Positions 1 to 12,973 of a stretch of DNA of 64,000 nt are shown here, piece after piece (position 1 is the stretch's first letter; every line of letters starts with the position of its first letter). Both the position numbers and the translations under genes were made by a program. The notes beneath the pieces are model-generated. The model made no database searches. It had not been told where the DNA came from and worked only from the letters and a program-made list of their open reading frames with translations. Source of the stretch: Amoebophrya sp. A120 (taxonomy: Eukaryota; Protista; Dinoflagellata); the NCBI GenBank assembly GCA_905178155.1, contig CAJINV010000010.1, forward strand, positions 1,992,778 to 2,056,777. Direction: 5' to 3'.

Positions 1-3000
1 GAGTCTCCATGCGAAAGCCCGCCTCCCTATCGCGGCGTGCTGCATGATTGTGATCATTTGCAAAAGGCCGCGGGCGGGCTCTAATATTCTAGACGAGAAA
101 AATCCGCAGCCAAGTTCCCCGCAAATTCTGCACGGGTTCGGCAACCCGGACCCTAGGACCCCCGCTTTCGGAGTAACGTCCAGATTTTCCTCGTCCCCAC
201 GACTGGACAACCGTGGCAAGCTGGCGGCGGAAACAAAGGACCCCTCCCCTTTGGACCGGAGCTTGCGACCTGCATCTTCCTCCTGATCTCCTTCTACAGA
301 ACTCGTGGTTATTTTCGAAGACGTGGTGGCCGCGGCGGCGGCGGGTGCGCTAGTTCTACTAGTTGCAGTAGCAATTCTACCATTACCATTGCTAGTACAA
401 AAACACAGCTCCAAATGCCTCGACCACAGAACGCTGGCGAGGAATTCAAAATTCACATCCCGGTTCTCGTCAATCATCTCATCGTCTACTTCCGCTGATC
501 TTCTTGTCGTTCCGCCATTTGAAATCAGCGGATTTGTCATGTCGCCCTCCAAGTAGACAAACACGTTCGAAGTGACCGGGCTTTCCACGCAAGGCAGATG
601 CAAACTCAATGCGTTCTTCTTGATCCTGTGCCGCCTCGGGAGGGTATGACAGTGCACAACTCCGCCTCCCCCTCATTTATGTTGTGTGAACAGCAACACA
701 AGCGCTGGCAAAGATAAAGCTTTTGCATGACCAATTCCGTACAGGATTGTAGTGCTGTTTTGGATCATTGCGGAATCTGTCATGCAAACGGTACTAACTG
801 GCAAAGGGTGGATTTGGAATTTTGCATGACAAACGAGGGGAAGGGGCGGCTGTGCACTTTCATAGAGAGTAGTTCTCCTTCTCGCTCGCGCAGTGTTTCC
901 TGTAGTTCCTCTGCTCTTCAGCGCAGGAGAAGTTTTTGGCGACAGTGGCATGATGATCCCAGGTGAGTTATTGTAGTAGTAGGCTTGTTCCGACGACCAC
1001 GACGTCCATGTACCAATTCCACCTCCCGCAACTGCGCGCATGCTCCGCCTCCCCGCCTGGAGCGCCATGCCGAGACTGTCGAGTTGCAGTCCATCAGAAC
1101 TGCTTGCAGCTGTGGACGGCAAGCTCGTATTGCTACTTTGCGATGCATTTTTGCGCGTCGAACTCGCGGCCATCAAATTTGCACTTTGCACCTTGAGCAC
1201 GGAGAGAAATTCTCGGAAGTAAGTCAACTCCCGGTCCGTCGGGGTGTTCGAAGGCATATTAGCAGTATTGTTTGCTGCGTTAGTCAACANNNNNNNNNNN
1301 NNNNNNNNNNNNNNNNNNNNNNNNNNNNNNNNNNNNNNNNNNNNNNNNNNNNNNNNNNNNNNNNNNNNNNNNNNNNNNNNNNNNNNNNNTTTTTCCTTGC
1401 GATGTTGCACCTGGTGCACTACCCCCGCCAGCAGTTCCCGAAGTTGTGGTATGCAGTGCAAATGCAAAAGCATCGTACTCGTATGAATGCATTACAAATT
1501 TCCTCAGCATGAGAAAGGAAATTTGCTATGCGGATTTGACTTAACAAGAAAATTTGTAATGCATGATTGCAATACGAGTACGATACTTTTGCACAGGATA
1601 TGTGGAGGACATCGAGTGTGCGTTCTGCTGCTCCAACAGCACGTGGAAATGTATCCGCAAAAAAAGACCCGTCGCCATCCAATTTGTCATGCAAAACACG
1701 CATCGAAAGCCACGTTTGTCATGCAAAAAATGGATAGGGATCATGATGGGTGTTTTTTCCTGGATAGAATGGAAAATGGACTCCGGCCAAAGGTTGAGCG
1801 CGTAGCAGTGCCGTGCCATTATGCATTGCAGAAGCATCGCACTAGTTCTAGTAAAAATTGCATTACAAATTTTTCGAGAATGAAAAGTGCAATTTGTAAT
1901 GCGGCTTCGGGTAAACTAGGCGCTTTGTCATGCAGTGTTGCAATTACTACTAGTACGATACTTTTGCAGTTGATAGCCATGGTGAAGTGACAATGATCCG
2001 CTGTGCGTGACCAGGAGGACATCAATTTCATGGCACTTGCAGAAGCTGGAACATAATTTCTGCTCCCATAGGCGGGGGCCCCGCTCTTATTGTTCTTCCT
2101 CGTGCTGTAGTTATCCCCAGCTTTATTTTTGTCCATGATCACCTGGTGGTGCAAAAAGTCCTCATTGTTCAACAAGGTGTCCAACTGATATCCGCTGGCT
2201 CCACTTGATGTCGTTGTACAGTGTCGCAGCACGAGCGAGTAGCAGCGCAGCGCCAGCTTTTTACAGGTCGCCCGCTGGAACGTGTGTCCGGCGAGGACTA
2301 GAAAAAACGCCTGCTTTCGTTTATGACTTGCTCAAACGTTCTTACAATCTCAAACGTTACAATAGAATTTGGATATCTGTGATGCATGATGAGCATGACA
2401 GACTCGCACAGCGTTTACACCTTTTGCAATACAAACTTCGCCAGATTGTCGTGGGGTTTAGGGCTCCGGATGAACTTGTCATGCGCAATCCCATGAGACT
2501 TGGCTAGATCATGCACTCCTGCATCACAGATTTCCGTATTCTATTGGAGCGTTTGAGATTGTAACACCTGAGCGGGTTATAGCGTTTCCACCCCGCTTTT
2601 CCGAACAGGCTGGCGGCCTGCATGGCGTTCCCAAATGTTACATTTGCAACTGTTACATGATTTGTCATGCAAAATGACCATGACCCCGACCCGCCAGACT
2701 ATCAAGCTGCTTCGCATGACAAATTCCCGGAGGGCTAAATAGCACTGTAATCCGCACCAAACCTGTAATGCAAGACGCGCAAGGGTCCCCCTCTCACCTG
2801 TCCTAGTCTTGCGTTACAAATTCATGTAACAGTTGAGAATGTAACGTTTGAGAACGCCATAGCCTGCTCCAGCAGCAGCCCAGTCTTCAAGCCCTCTTCG
2901 GCGGGCAAGAGGTCGGACGAGCACTTCACGACGAGCTTTGCGGTTTCAAGCAGGAGTTTCCCGGTCTGCGGAGACAGCAGCACACCACCTCCAGCGCTGG

Positions 3001-6000
3001 TAGATGAGGCTCCACCACCCACCTTCGTCGATAATTCAGCTACCTCGAGCACGTACTGCGATTCACAGACCTTCATCAGGTAAAACAGGACCCGGATCGC
3101 CAAATTTACCTTGCCCGCTTTTGAGTAAAAGTCTAAGGCGTTGCGCAAGGACTTTTCCCAGTTCTCCACGTCGTTTGACAGCAGCTGGCAAAGCCCCTGC
3201 ATCTCGTAGCAGCCCGCAACGTGCTTCCAATTGCGATCTTGCTTGAAATCCGCCAGGAGGAGCTTGTAGTAATTGTTCGCGGTTTCGTAGTCGCGCAGGT
3301 GGAAGCACAGGTCCCCGGCCAGCCGCATCTGGCCCTCGGTCGTGTTTAAATTGTAGGTGGCAATCGCCGTCTTCCCATAAGAACTTTGTGAAGCTGCGTT
3401 GCTACTATTCGTTGCTCCTCCTGAAGATGTTGTCCCAGCATTGCTCACACTGCCGGTCGTGATGTATCCCCCACCACTTCCCGTTGTATTCATTTCGGCG
3501 GCAGATCCTCGAACGGCATTCAATACGTCGTCATCGCCTCCAAATGATCCCGTGGTCCCCGCTCCGAGTCTACCACTGCCACCATAGTTAGCAGAATTTC
3601 TGTAGTCCCCCGCCACCGAGCTCTGTTCCTTGGGTTTACGGAATAGGGATTTCATCGTGTTTTGAAACCCTCTCTATGAACTGCAAAAATGTCTGGGTCT
3701 GGAAGAGTCGGGGCTTGTCATGCACATTTTGCATGACCCGTCAGGTCTGTGATGCTGGTGCTATCGTCACAGATTTTTTGAGAGCTTCTTGATGCTAATT
3801 ACGCATTAGAAATGCCCTCTCTGCGTGCAAAGAACTGACTCCTCTTGCTGCTCATGCAACACAGACATTTTTAGACTCCGCAGACAGCATTACAAGTTCC
3901 ACTCTTGCAGGCCCAGACATGTTTGCGATCGATACTCTCCGCGTGCTGCCGATTTGGGCGTCCAGCATGGACTATGGATTGCAAAAATGTCTGGGTCTGG
4001 AAGATTGCAACTTGTGATGCTGTTTTCGGAGGCCAAAAAGATCTGTATTGCATGACCAGCAACAGGACTCCAGTTTGTGTTACGCGGAGAGGGCATTTCT
4101 CATGCGGAATAGGCATTAGGAGGCCCTCTAAAAATCTGTGTTGCTAGATCATGCATTACAGGCATCAGGCGTCATACAAAATATGCATGACAAGTCTGGA
4201 TTTTTCCAGACCCAGACATTTTTACATTTGATATGGCCAGTTTTCGCTCCACCCACGGAATGGCGAGCTGCTGCACGAAATTCTTTACCACCTGCTGCAG
4301 CTCGTTGCAATCCGCTATGGTCAGGCTCGCGAGGAATGATGTGGACGAGGAGCTCTGGTGCGACGTTTGGCTCCCATCAACTACACTGGTCGTGGTCACT
4401 GCTCGTCCCCCTGGAGGAGGACCTCCTCCTGGAGTACCTGTAGTTCCCGACGCGGCCGGCGATAATTTCTTCCGAGGTCCTGACGCCTGGTGGATGCCCA
4501 CCTTTTCGAAAAACTTAGCCACACCAAAGTTTTCATCCACCATTGATGAAGATGATGTAGAACTGGTGGTGGAGGCAGTAGAAGACACTCCCGCACTGTT
4601 TAACAGCGAGTTTTTCCGGTTTAGACGGAGTGCATATGGCAGTGCACAACTCCCCCTCCCCCTCATTTGTGATGCAAAACTCCAAATCCAGGTGCTGCCT
4701 TGTGGCACTGTTTGCATGACAGATTCCGAAAGCCCACATAGTACTACATTCCTGTGGCTGTGCAAATTTGTCATGCAAAACCAGTACTCTTGCTGACGCT
4801 TGTATTGCGGTTCATGGTTTACAAATGAGGGGGACGAGGGGGAGTTGTGCACTCTCATAGGACAGCAACCGACGACGGGTTGAAAACGGATTTCATCTGG
4901 TTCTGATATCCTGGGCAAAAGCACTTCTGGTAGAAATCGTTTCATTTCGAATTGCAATCTTGCAAGACAAACCCATGTTGTCTACTTTTTACCTGCCAAA
5001 ATTTGACGCCCCCCTCTCTGTAGTGCTAGTGTTCCTGCCTGAAAATAAAATTGAAATTTATCAAGCATTGAACTTGCTAAATGTACACAGCCCGAGATGT
5101 TGACTTTTGCAACGCATATCAGAACCTGCTCCACGATTTCCATTTTCGGGGACTCTGGGTCGCTCATATGAACTGCAAAAGTATCGCATTCGTATGAATG
5201 CATTACAAATTTCTTCAGCATGAGAAATAAAATTTGTAATGCGAATTTACCTCAAGAAAAAGATTTGTAATGCATGATTTTTGCAATTATACGAGCACGA
5301 TACTTTTGCACAGGATAGCTCATATCGTGCAGCAAAATTTTCAACCGTGGCGGGTTGGCCTCCAACACGCCCTTATGCATTGCAAAAGCATCGTACTAGT
5401 ATAAATTGCATCACAAATTTTGGCAAGAAGAAAAGTGGAATTTGTAATGCTGTTTTACCTTAGGAAGGAGATTTCTCATGCATGTTTGCAATTAGTACGA
5501 CTACGATACTTTTGCACAGGATAGCCCTTCCGGCAGAGCAGCGGGTTGGTGTTCAGGTGCAAAATCTGCTGGAACGTATGGAAGCGTCAGGATTGAAATC
5601 GTCAAAGTTGAAACAAATACTTTGTGATGCATAAAATGCAACCCGCAAAGCGCCTGTCTTGCAGAGTAGGCAAGGGAGGCATATTGCAAGCCTGTTGAAA
5701 GGTAGAAATAGAGCTGCTAAAGTAGCATGACAAAAGGCGTCTTCCTTACACAAACAGCATTACAAACTGGAAGGATTGAGGCACCACCAAAACTTGTCAT
5801 GCGCCTTTTGAAAACTGGGCTCCAACTGGCATCCATTTTATGCATGACAAACTATTTCAACTCTGACGATTTCAAACCTGACACATCCATAGAACGTCGC
5901 AATTACGTCGGGCTCTTTGCTGGACACGCAAAAAAACGTGCCGAACGGCTGGTGGACGCACTCGTGTTCCTGGTACCGGTACTGTTTTTTCAGCACCAGG

Positions 6001-7894
6001 CTGCGGTAGCTTTCCCACCAGGGCTGGGAAAAAAGGTGAGGTGGAGGTGCCGGCGCGGTTCGTGTTGCCACAACTGTAGAAGGACTACTTCTGGAGCTGG
6101 ACGAGGAAGAAGATTTCGTAGTTCTTTGTGGTATATCAAATGTAAAAATGTCTGGGTCTGGAAGAATGCATGTTTGTCATGCTTGTCTGGCATGACTCTT
6201 AAATCTGTCATGCAAGTTACCCAAGAGCTCCACCTTTCTGTGATGCAGAAACGCGTTTTGTCATGCAGAATAGGCAACACCTAGAAGCTCAGAACCTTGT
6301 GATGCTGAGCCAGCATTTCTGGCCTCATCATGAGACGCCACCCAGCATCACAAGTTTCCAGACCCAGACATTTTTACATTTGATATGGTACTACTCCTTG
6401 CGACTGCATCTGCTCCAGCGATATCAACTGTAAAAATGTCTGGGTCTGGAAGAGTGTTAAACTTGTCATGCAGGTTTTCCATGACCCATGAGGTCTAGAA
6501 TGCGGGACCTAGCATGACAGAGTCTGCGAGTTGTCCGCTATGCCTATCCTGCATGAGAAACTCCCTCCCAACTTGGTCGAAAGTGGACAGCTTTTGGCCC
6601 TCATGCAACACAGATTTTCGCATTATTCGGATTCAGCATGACAAGCTGCAATCTTCCAGACCCAGACACTTTTGCAATCCATAAGCGACCCCGAGTGCAG
6701 GAGCTGCTGGTCGTGGCCGCAGTTGTAGTCGTACAGCGCATATCCTGTGCAAAAGTATCGTACTCGTACTAATGCCAATCTTGCATGACAAACCTGCCTT
6801 TTTGCCTGAATTAGCATTACAAATTCCATTCTTCTTTCTGATAAAATTTGTAATGCAATTTATACTAGTTCTTAACTTTTGCAATGCATAGCGCACAACT
6901 CTTCTCCATCTCCGAAAGCGTTTCTTCGCGGAAGGGTGTCCGCGTAGCCTCGTCCACGGCTTGGTGCGCGAGGGCGGGAAGTATCGCGAGGAAAAAAAGC
7001 TGCCTCAGTCTCAATTTGTAATGCGGAAACCTCTTCATGTCATGCAAGAAATGCATCGCGTGCTACTTAGTCTGACGCATCGCAGGTTTTTTATGTGTCA
7101 ACATGCTGGCCGAATTTGCGTTGCTGATGAATGATCTGCAAAAGTTTTGAGACTCCTGAGACAGCTTTTTATCCTCGATACAGAGGTCGTTCCGGTTAGC
7201 GTCGACGTCCGCATGGTCCAGGAAAGACACCCGGAACTGTGAGTTTTGAAACACGTTTTCCGTGCAAAAGTATCGCACTCGTATACGTATTATGCAGTCA
7301 TGCACATGCATTACAACTCTTACTCTTTTTCTTAAGGTACATCCGCATTACAAATTCCATTTCTCACGCTGAGGAAATTTGTAATGCATTCATACGAATA
7401 CGATACTTTTGCAATTCATAACACGCCCCTTTCGGCGATGGAGTAAGAAACTGGGATGTTCGCCACGTAGCCCCCAAAGGGCGAAAAAAGCTCGGCGAGC
7501 GTGAGGCCGTTGGTTCTGGAAACGGTTTCCGTCGCAGTTTATGCATCGCAAATATGTCTGGCTCTGGAAGGATGCGAACTTGTGATGCTCATTTCACAAA
7601 ACAGACAAATCTCTCACGCAGAGGCAGCAAAAGATGCCCATTTCATGTCACCAAAATGAGAGATTTGTCATGCGGATACTTAGGCAATGCGAAAGATTAA
7701 GATTCTCGAAATCTGTGATGCTAGCGCTTCCAAGACAGACCTTGTGTCATGCAAAAACACCATGACATACGACGCACTCTTCCAGACCCAGACATATTTG
7801 CATTTGATACAGTTTCCGTTCCGACCACCAACACTTCGGGAACCAGAATCTCTGTATGGATCCAATCCGGAAAAGAAGCTGGCGAGCTTAGCAT
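1..7894 (-). CDS. TRAPPC8: TRAPP III subunit TRAPPC8/Trs85 (multi-exon, 3' end probably beyond window start, spans N gap)
   Basis: Manually spliced exons give TRAPPC8-like segments: VVGTETATETVSRTNGLTLAELFSPF; PWWESYRSLVLK..HECVHQPFGTFFCVSS; LTIADCNELQQVVKNFVQQLAIPWVERKLAMLDAQIGSTRRGFQNTMKSLF; EGQMRLAGDLCFHLRDYETANNYYKLLLADFKQD. 19 TIR introns. Start ATG at 7894 is a best guess. Confidence 0.85.
645..864. mobile_element. TIR introner family D
   Basis: TATGACAGTGCACAAC...GTGCACTTTCATA; DR GAGGG/GAGAG. Confidence 0.8.
1290..1389. other. Assembly gap (100 N)
   Basis: Run of N. Confidence 1.
1450..1600. mobile_element. TIR introner family B
   Basis: DR TGTGG. Confidence 0.9.
1652..1766. mobile_element. 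TIR introner family I
   Basis: DR AAATG/GAATG. Confidence 0.8.
1820..1975. mobile_element. TIR introner family B
   Basis: DR GCCAT. Confidence 0.9.
2322..2581. mobile_element. TIR introner family E
   Basis: TATGACTTGCTCAAACG...GAGCGGGTTATA; DR TCGTT/GCGTT. Confidence 0.85.
2621..2861. mobile_element. TIR introner family F
   Basis: CATGGCGTTCCCAAATGTTAC...GTTTGAGAACGCCATA; DR GCCTG. Confidence 0.9.
3675..3934. mobile_element. TIR introner family A
   Basis: DR CTCTC; frame restored. Confidence 0.9.
3973..4233. mobile_element. TIR introner family A (opposite orientation to 3675)
   Basis: DR TGGAC/TGGCC; frame restored. Confidence 0.9.
4635..4859. mobile_element. TIR introner family D
   Basis: DR GTGCA/GGACA (degenerate). 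Confidence 0.8.
4907..5118. mobile_element. Degenerate TIR introner, family B-like
   Basis: TATCCTGGGCAAAAG...CTTTTGCAACGCATA; DR TCTGA/TCAGA. Confidence 0.7.
5167..5317. mobile_element. TIR introner family B
   Basis: DR GCTCA. Confidence 0.9.
5374..5523. mobile_element. TIR introner family B
   Basis: DR GCCCT. Confidence 0.9.
5577..5891. mobile_element. TIR introner family J
   Basis: DR GAACG. Confidence 0.9.
6134..6385. mobile_element. TIR introner family A
   Basis: DR TGGTA; near-identical to 22704-22955. Confidence 0.92.
6422..6683. mobile_element. TIR introner family A
   Basis: DR AGCGA. Confidence 0.9.
6741..6890. mobile_element. TIR introner family B
   Basis: DR GCGCA. Confidence 0.9.
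6982..7180. mobile_element. TIR introner, singleton family
   Basis: TATCGCGAGGAAAAAAAGCTG...CAGCTTTTTATCCTCGATA; DR decayed. Confidence 0.7.
7256..7420. mobile_element. TIR introner family B (left terminus mutated)
   Basis: DR ACACG. Confidence 0.85.
7540..7809. mobile_element. TIR introner family A
   Basis: DR CAGTT; removal gives GTETATETVSRTNGLTLAELF. Confidence 0.92.
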
Positions 7895-9510
7895 GGAGGC
7901 TGATACCCCTGCAGGTGCGGCCGCACTCCCCGCAGAAGAGGTGGGTGTGTGTATGGCGGAGAATTGAAAATTATATGCGTCCTCGACTAGTTCTAGTGCT
8001 CGCCAAATGATTTCATGCATTAACTTTAGCTCTATTTCTATCCCGCGTCCACCACTTTCATCATACGTTATGTTCTAGAAACACCAATTAGCTACAAATC
8101 TTTGTTTGGAAAGCGGCGTACGACAAGGGTCTAACTCACTTGGGTGCCACGTGCCGACTCTTCCAATATTCATGCGATAGAAACGAACTCCAACGCAGGT
8201 TCAGCAGAAATCAAATTTGAATTCCGCTTGAGGTTCAACATCTCAGTCAACATTTATCTTCCCCATGTTGTATGTATTCGAAGAGTTCTTGTAGTGGATG
8301 GCAAGTACGTAGAAGTGCACAAAAATGTATGCAAAGCGAAGAAGAGGAGGACACTGTAGGTCTTGCTCGAGCTGATACTGGACGCTGCAGTGGTGCTCGG
8401 AGTTGTAATGGGGGCAGCCGCACGACCAACCGGACCTCCGGACGAGGACCTCCCGAAGCCGCTCATTTTCTCTTCCTTTTGCCACTATCTCCACATGCAA
8501 GTCCGTGCCTAAAGCCTATCCATGTGATTGTCGTGAACTACAATACATGCATAAGAATTAGATTTACAATTAAATGAGTACGCATTAATTCGCGGGCAAA
8601 TTAGCAATGGCTAGCCGTAGTGAGAACAGGCCTCCGCGATATTACGTGTTGGTTTCAAATGTACAGAATCTCAATACGCGTTCGATTACGGGAGAACAGC
8701 AACAGAAGCACTTTGAAAGCCGGAATGACAGACAAAAAATTGATCCTGGTAAAACCGAATGCCCGAGAACGATCAGCACTTATCGATCTATATCTATACA
8801 AGATCAACAACCCTCACAAAAATACAAGATCAAGAAAGCAACACAAAAATAAATGAGCCGCCACACCCACGTTGTGGTGGGTGCTGCGCGTTATCTTAGA
8901 TATCAAGGAAGAACCGCAAAGAAAACTCCCTCGCTAGTACAGCTGAAGTCTGCATTTGCAACGTGAAATATATTTTCAGGTATCATCTTCCACAACATCC
9001 ATCGGGACCGGTCAACAAGAAATAAATTTTATTTTGGCGAATACAAGCATTCTCGAACTTTTTAAAGCTACGTGGTGGTGCATCATGAAGCGTTGCGTCT
9101 TTCTTTTTGTTGTTTGTTGGGACTAAAGCAGGAACAGAATTTCATTCAAATCACAATAAGCCAACATCAAATGACAGTCGCCCGTGCAGTGGGCTTGCGC
9201 AAAAAAAAAATCATTGTGGGCCCAAAGAGGACGAACAAGTAGGCAGTACACGTGGCGCAAAAGAGAACGCAACGCGAACACTCAAATTCAAAATAAGTAT
9301 TATAAAATAAAGATATATATAGATCTGCTACTGCTACTTGCAAGTATTATATCGTACTTGCACCCTTCTGGGATGTTGCTTTGTAAAATCCCAGAGAACA
9401 AAAGCGGAAGTGTCTTCAAAAGTGTAGCGTAGCTGAAACCACTTTTGGTATTGTAGCACTTTTGAAGGCTCTGTGTGAAACATCTCCTCATTGTCAAGTC
9501 GGGACGCACT

Positions 9511-10608
9511 TCAGCAGGGAATTTTACTCGCATGGTCCGACCAGGGCGCCGCGAAACGGGGTGTATCCTCGTCCAAAAAGACTCGTCCGTCCGGAATAGC
9601 AATACCTTTTTTTTCTTTCTGACGTTTTCCTTGTTCAGAACGTGACTCAAATGAGTCCGTAAACGCATTCGAGACTGTGCCCAAAACATATATGAGGCAT
9701 TCAATCTCGGCAATTTTTTCCTGCGTCTTCTTCCCGTTCTCGTCGTACCTTGCGAGAAAAGGAGCGCCTTCCCAGCTCATTAGGTGGAGGTGCTCCGCGA
9801 CATTCTTCACCTGCTGCGGTAGCGTGCCCGTGGCACGGCGGAACAGTTCGTCGTAAACTGCAAAAATTTCTACAACACCGATCCACAATTTGTGACCAGG
9901 ACGCAGCGAGGACGAGAAGCGAGAAGTGCCCAACAACGTCATCCCAATGCGAAGCGAGAAGTTTCCCAACATCTTCCCAACTGTGGCCGCCAATGTTTCA
10001 GCGTACCACGCGCGAAGCTGTTCAGCTTCACTAGGAAACGAAGTTTTGGGAGAGAGAGCGTTACTTAGGCCGGCGTTTATAGCTCGGTCGTGCACCGCCT
10101 TTTCGCCGCCGGCCAAGAACTTTTCGGACTCGCAGGGATTATAATAATCAGCTGAGTACACAAAAACCGACACTATTTTTTCATTGTTGTAGTGCTTCAC
10201 CGTGAAATCCGTCACGCTGACGTACGTTGAGGCGTGAATCTTCCAGCTCGGCGTGCCCTGGCCGGCGTAAGAGAAGTCGGCGACGAACCAGGTGTAGAGG
10301 CCGTCGTTTTCCCAGACGTTCTTCGGGTAGATGTTCGTTCCCGAAAACATCCGAAAGCGAACAATACCAGCACCAGGTCCATCACGTTTAGCGCCATACA
10401 GCACTTGCTTAAAATGTTCTTGTGTCGCAGGGTTCTTCGCCAAGATCTGGTTGCTATACGTACGCGGTTTTATACCAGCAATGAGCTTCTTCGCTGCTCC
10501 CCGATTCTGTGCGTGTTCCAGCTCTTCGATTCGCGGCAACGCTTGTCCGTTCAGCAGGCTTTTCAACTCTTCATTGTGATACTTCAACTCTTCATAGTGA
10601 TGCTTCAA
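9511..10608 (-). CDS. Hypothetical protein, 365 aa uninterrupted ORF (may have upstream exons)
   Basis: Long open frame with N-terminal heptad repeat (HYEELKY/HNEELK); no family recognised. Confidence 0.45.
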   Translation of the reverse strand: MKHHYEELKYHNEELKSLLNGQALPRIEELEHAQNRGAAKKLIAGIKPRTYSNQILAKNPATQEHFKQVLYGAKRDGPGAGIVRFRMFSGTNIYPKNVWENDGLYTWFVADFSYAGQGTPSWKIHASTYVSVTDFTVKHYNNEKIVSVFVYSADYYNPCESEKFLAGGEKAVHDRAINAGLSNALSPKTSFPSEAEQLRAWYAETLAATVGKMLGNFSLRIGMTLLGTSRFSSSLRPGHKLWIGVVEIFAVYDELFRRATGTLPQQVKNVAEHLHLMSWEGAPFLARYDENGKKTQEKIAEIECLIYVLGTVSNAFTDSFESRSEQGKRQKEKKGIAIPDGRVFLDEDTPRFAAPWSDHASKIPC

Positions 10609-10623
10609 CTCTTCATTGTGATG
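10561..10623. repeat. 3 x 21-bp tandem repeat
   Basis: TTCAACTCTTCA(T/A)..GTGAT repeated three times; encodes heptads on minus strand. Confidence 0.85.
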
Positions 10624-11614
10624 CAGTGATTTATCCAGCGCGAAAGGCGATCATGCATCCTCATACGTTACAGAATCACGGGTAGCATGTACAAGTACAT
10701 CTACATTTGCATAGAGCCAGATTCTCCACCACTTCCGGTTCCACTCGTAAAAAAAAAAAGTCGACACATATTTTGCTCGACGCATCTAGTACTTGCAAAA
10801 TGCATATGCATTTCATGAAAAGGCGCTAGTACTATGAGCAGGAGCACTAGATGAAACAGCTCTGGCATGATCTATTTTTACGAGTACAAGGATTCTATTC
10901 ATCTACAGAATCTGTGCCAGGACGATTTTGCCTTTTTCAATACTTACAGTAAACGCAAGTGGATTCTGTACTTTTTGTATAGCGGAAGCAGGCGTTTCGC
11001 GATGCTGCATAAGCTCGATGACAATTTTCTTCATAATCCTGAGGAACGACTTTTCCTGGTATTACAACTACTGGCATTTGGTTTTTCGCCTGCAGCCCTT
11101 CCTCCAACTTTGTGCCGGCTCCAGACCCGCTACTTTTGTCCGAGTGTTCCAGCTCTTCAATTCGCAACTTTTGATCGACCAACTGTCTAAAGCACTCTTC
11201 ATTAGCACGCAGTCATTTATCCAGCGCGAAAGGCGATCATGCATCCTCATACGTTACACTTACAGAATCACGGGTAGCATGTACAAGTACATGATCTACA
11301 TTTGCATAGAGCCAGATTCTCCACCACTTCCGGTTCCACTCGTAAAAAAAAAAGTCGACACATATTTTGCTCGACGCATCTAGTACTTGCAAAATGCATA
11401 TGCATTTCATGAAATAAAGGCGCTAGTACTATGAGCAGGAGCACTAGATGAAACAGCTCTGGCATGATCTATTTTTACGAAGTACAAGGATTCTATTCAT
11501 CTGCAGAATCTGTGCCAGGACGATTTTGCCTTTTTCAATACTTACAGTAAACGCAAGTGGATTCTGTACTTTTTGTATAGCGGAAGCAGGCGTTTCGCGA
11601 TGCTGCATAAGCTC
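10623..11614. repeat. ~400-bp near-identical direct duplication (about 10623-11016 and 11209-11614)
   Basis: Both copies run GCAGT.ATTTATCCAGCGCGAAAGG...GATGCTGCATAAGCTC with small indels. Confidence 0.9.
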
Positions 11615-12973
11615 TGTACCAAGCTTCTTCATAGTCTTTCGGAGGACTGACGTTTCCGTTTTTCGCCAGCAGCTCTCCCTCCAACTTTGTCATATACTGC
11701 GCAAAAGTTCGAACTGCATCTCTCCGCATTGCAATATAGGCAGCACAGCAAGATCTGCATAGAAGATAGCCACATGCAAGCTGGACACAGAAGTTGATAC
11801 ATCACACGGCTATAACGATAGAAGATCCTCATCCTGCAGGAGATAAAAATGCGAACGCCACGATTACGATATGCCTGCTTTCACATACATGTAAAGTACT
11901 AGGTCCTGTTCATTTTGATGTCCGCTTAAACTCAAACTCGAATTGTGCTATAGCTATCACAACGCCGGCTGAGATATATTCGGTGCATGGGAGTAGAGGT
12001 AAAACTTTGTGCAATGCGTACGCCACGTGCTGCTCTAGCTCAATTACAAACTCCTCCCGCGCCGCAGAGCGAGCTTTCTCTTCCTCAAGCTGGTGTATCT
12101 TAGTCTGCGCCGTTATTCTCGAGAAAAACGTCCCCGTGCGATAGCGGGCATCCACTTGGCACGATGCGAAGGAAAGGGAGTCATTGCACGTTCAACAACG
12201 TGACTCGGCTCCGCTGTAGAATCTTCAAGGCCTTCAGCTATTTCTGCGGACACAATGAGACACTACTTCTTGTTGCGCGCACGACGAGCACGTGTCAGAT
12301 GTCTCTCGTCCACCAAATATCACTAAGGGATGTCCTCTAGTTGTGGTGGTTTCCGACAATAATTCGCCGTCATGCTCAAGCCATGCCCAAGAAGACTTGT
12401 TGATCACCTGCCCCTCATACAACGCGGCGTTATGATGCAGCAATATCTCCGAGTCCGAAACACAACTACTTAACCCTGAGGCAATGCGTGCTACTCCCCA
12501 GCCACACCCACTAACAAAAATATGTGTACTTGAGTAGCGAAATTTGCTGCATCGAAACCAGAAACAACTTGCCTCACCCACAGGAGACAGAGCGGGGACG
12601 TTTTTCCGCGGGATAACATTTTTCAGCGCTTTGTCCAACTCCGTCACTTTCCCCAGGGCCGCCTGTAAAATTAACAAAAAGGAAAAAGGATGATATTTTG
12701 ATCGCTTGAAAAAATAAAAAACTTCTGTACTCACTGCTCGTGGAAAAGAAGTCAATCTTCCATATGTCATGTCATCTTCATCGATTGGAAACACAGACTG
12801 TTCCTCGACATTGTAAAAACGCCTTGCAGAAGGACGAGCTGAAGGTTTATCATAGCGAAGAAGTTGTAATTCTTCATTAATTTATTTCAATCGGAATCGT
12901 GTTGTTGCTGTTGCTACTTAATATGCCAGAGCACGTTGATGAAGTCGTAAGCAGAAAAGTGCATCTTTCAGAT

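Noticed and set aside
3825-4147. Many short ORFs sharing peptides such as FQTQTFLH, CKNVWVWK, KMSGSG, CIAKVSY
   Set aside because: They are translations of introner TIRs, not a protein family
3661-7809. Repeat-spacer-repeat pattern resembling a CRISPR array
   Set aside because: Repeats are inverted pairs bounding 115-350 bp elements, the spacers are exons of a eukaryotic gene, and there are no cas genes
9511-10608. Candidate transposase for the introners
   Set aside because: No recognisable DDE, tyrosine recombinase or HUH motifs, and no flanking TIRs
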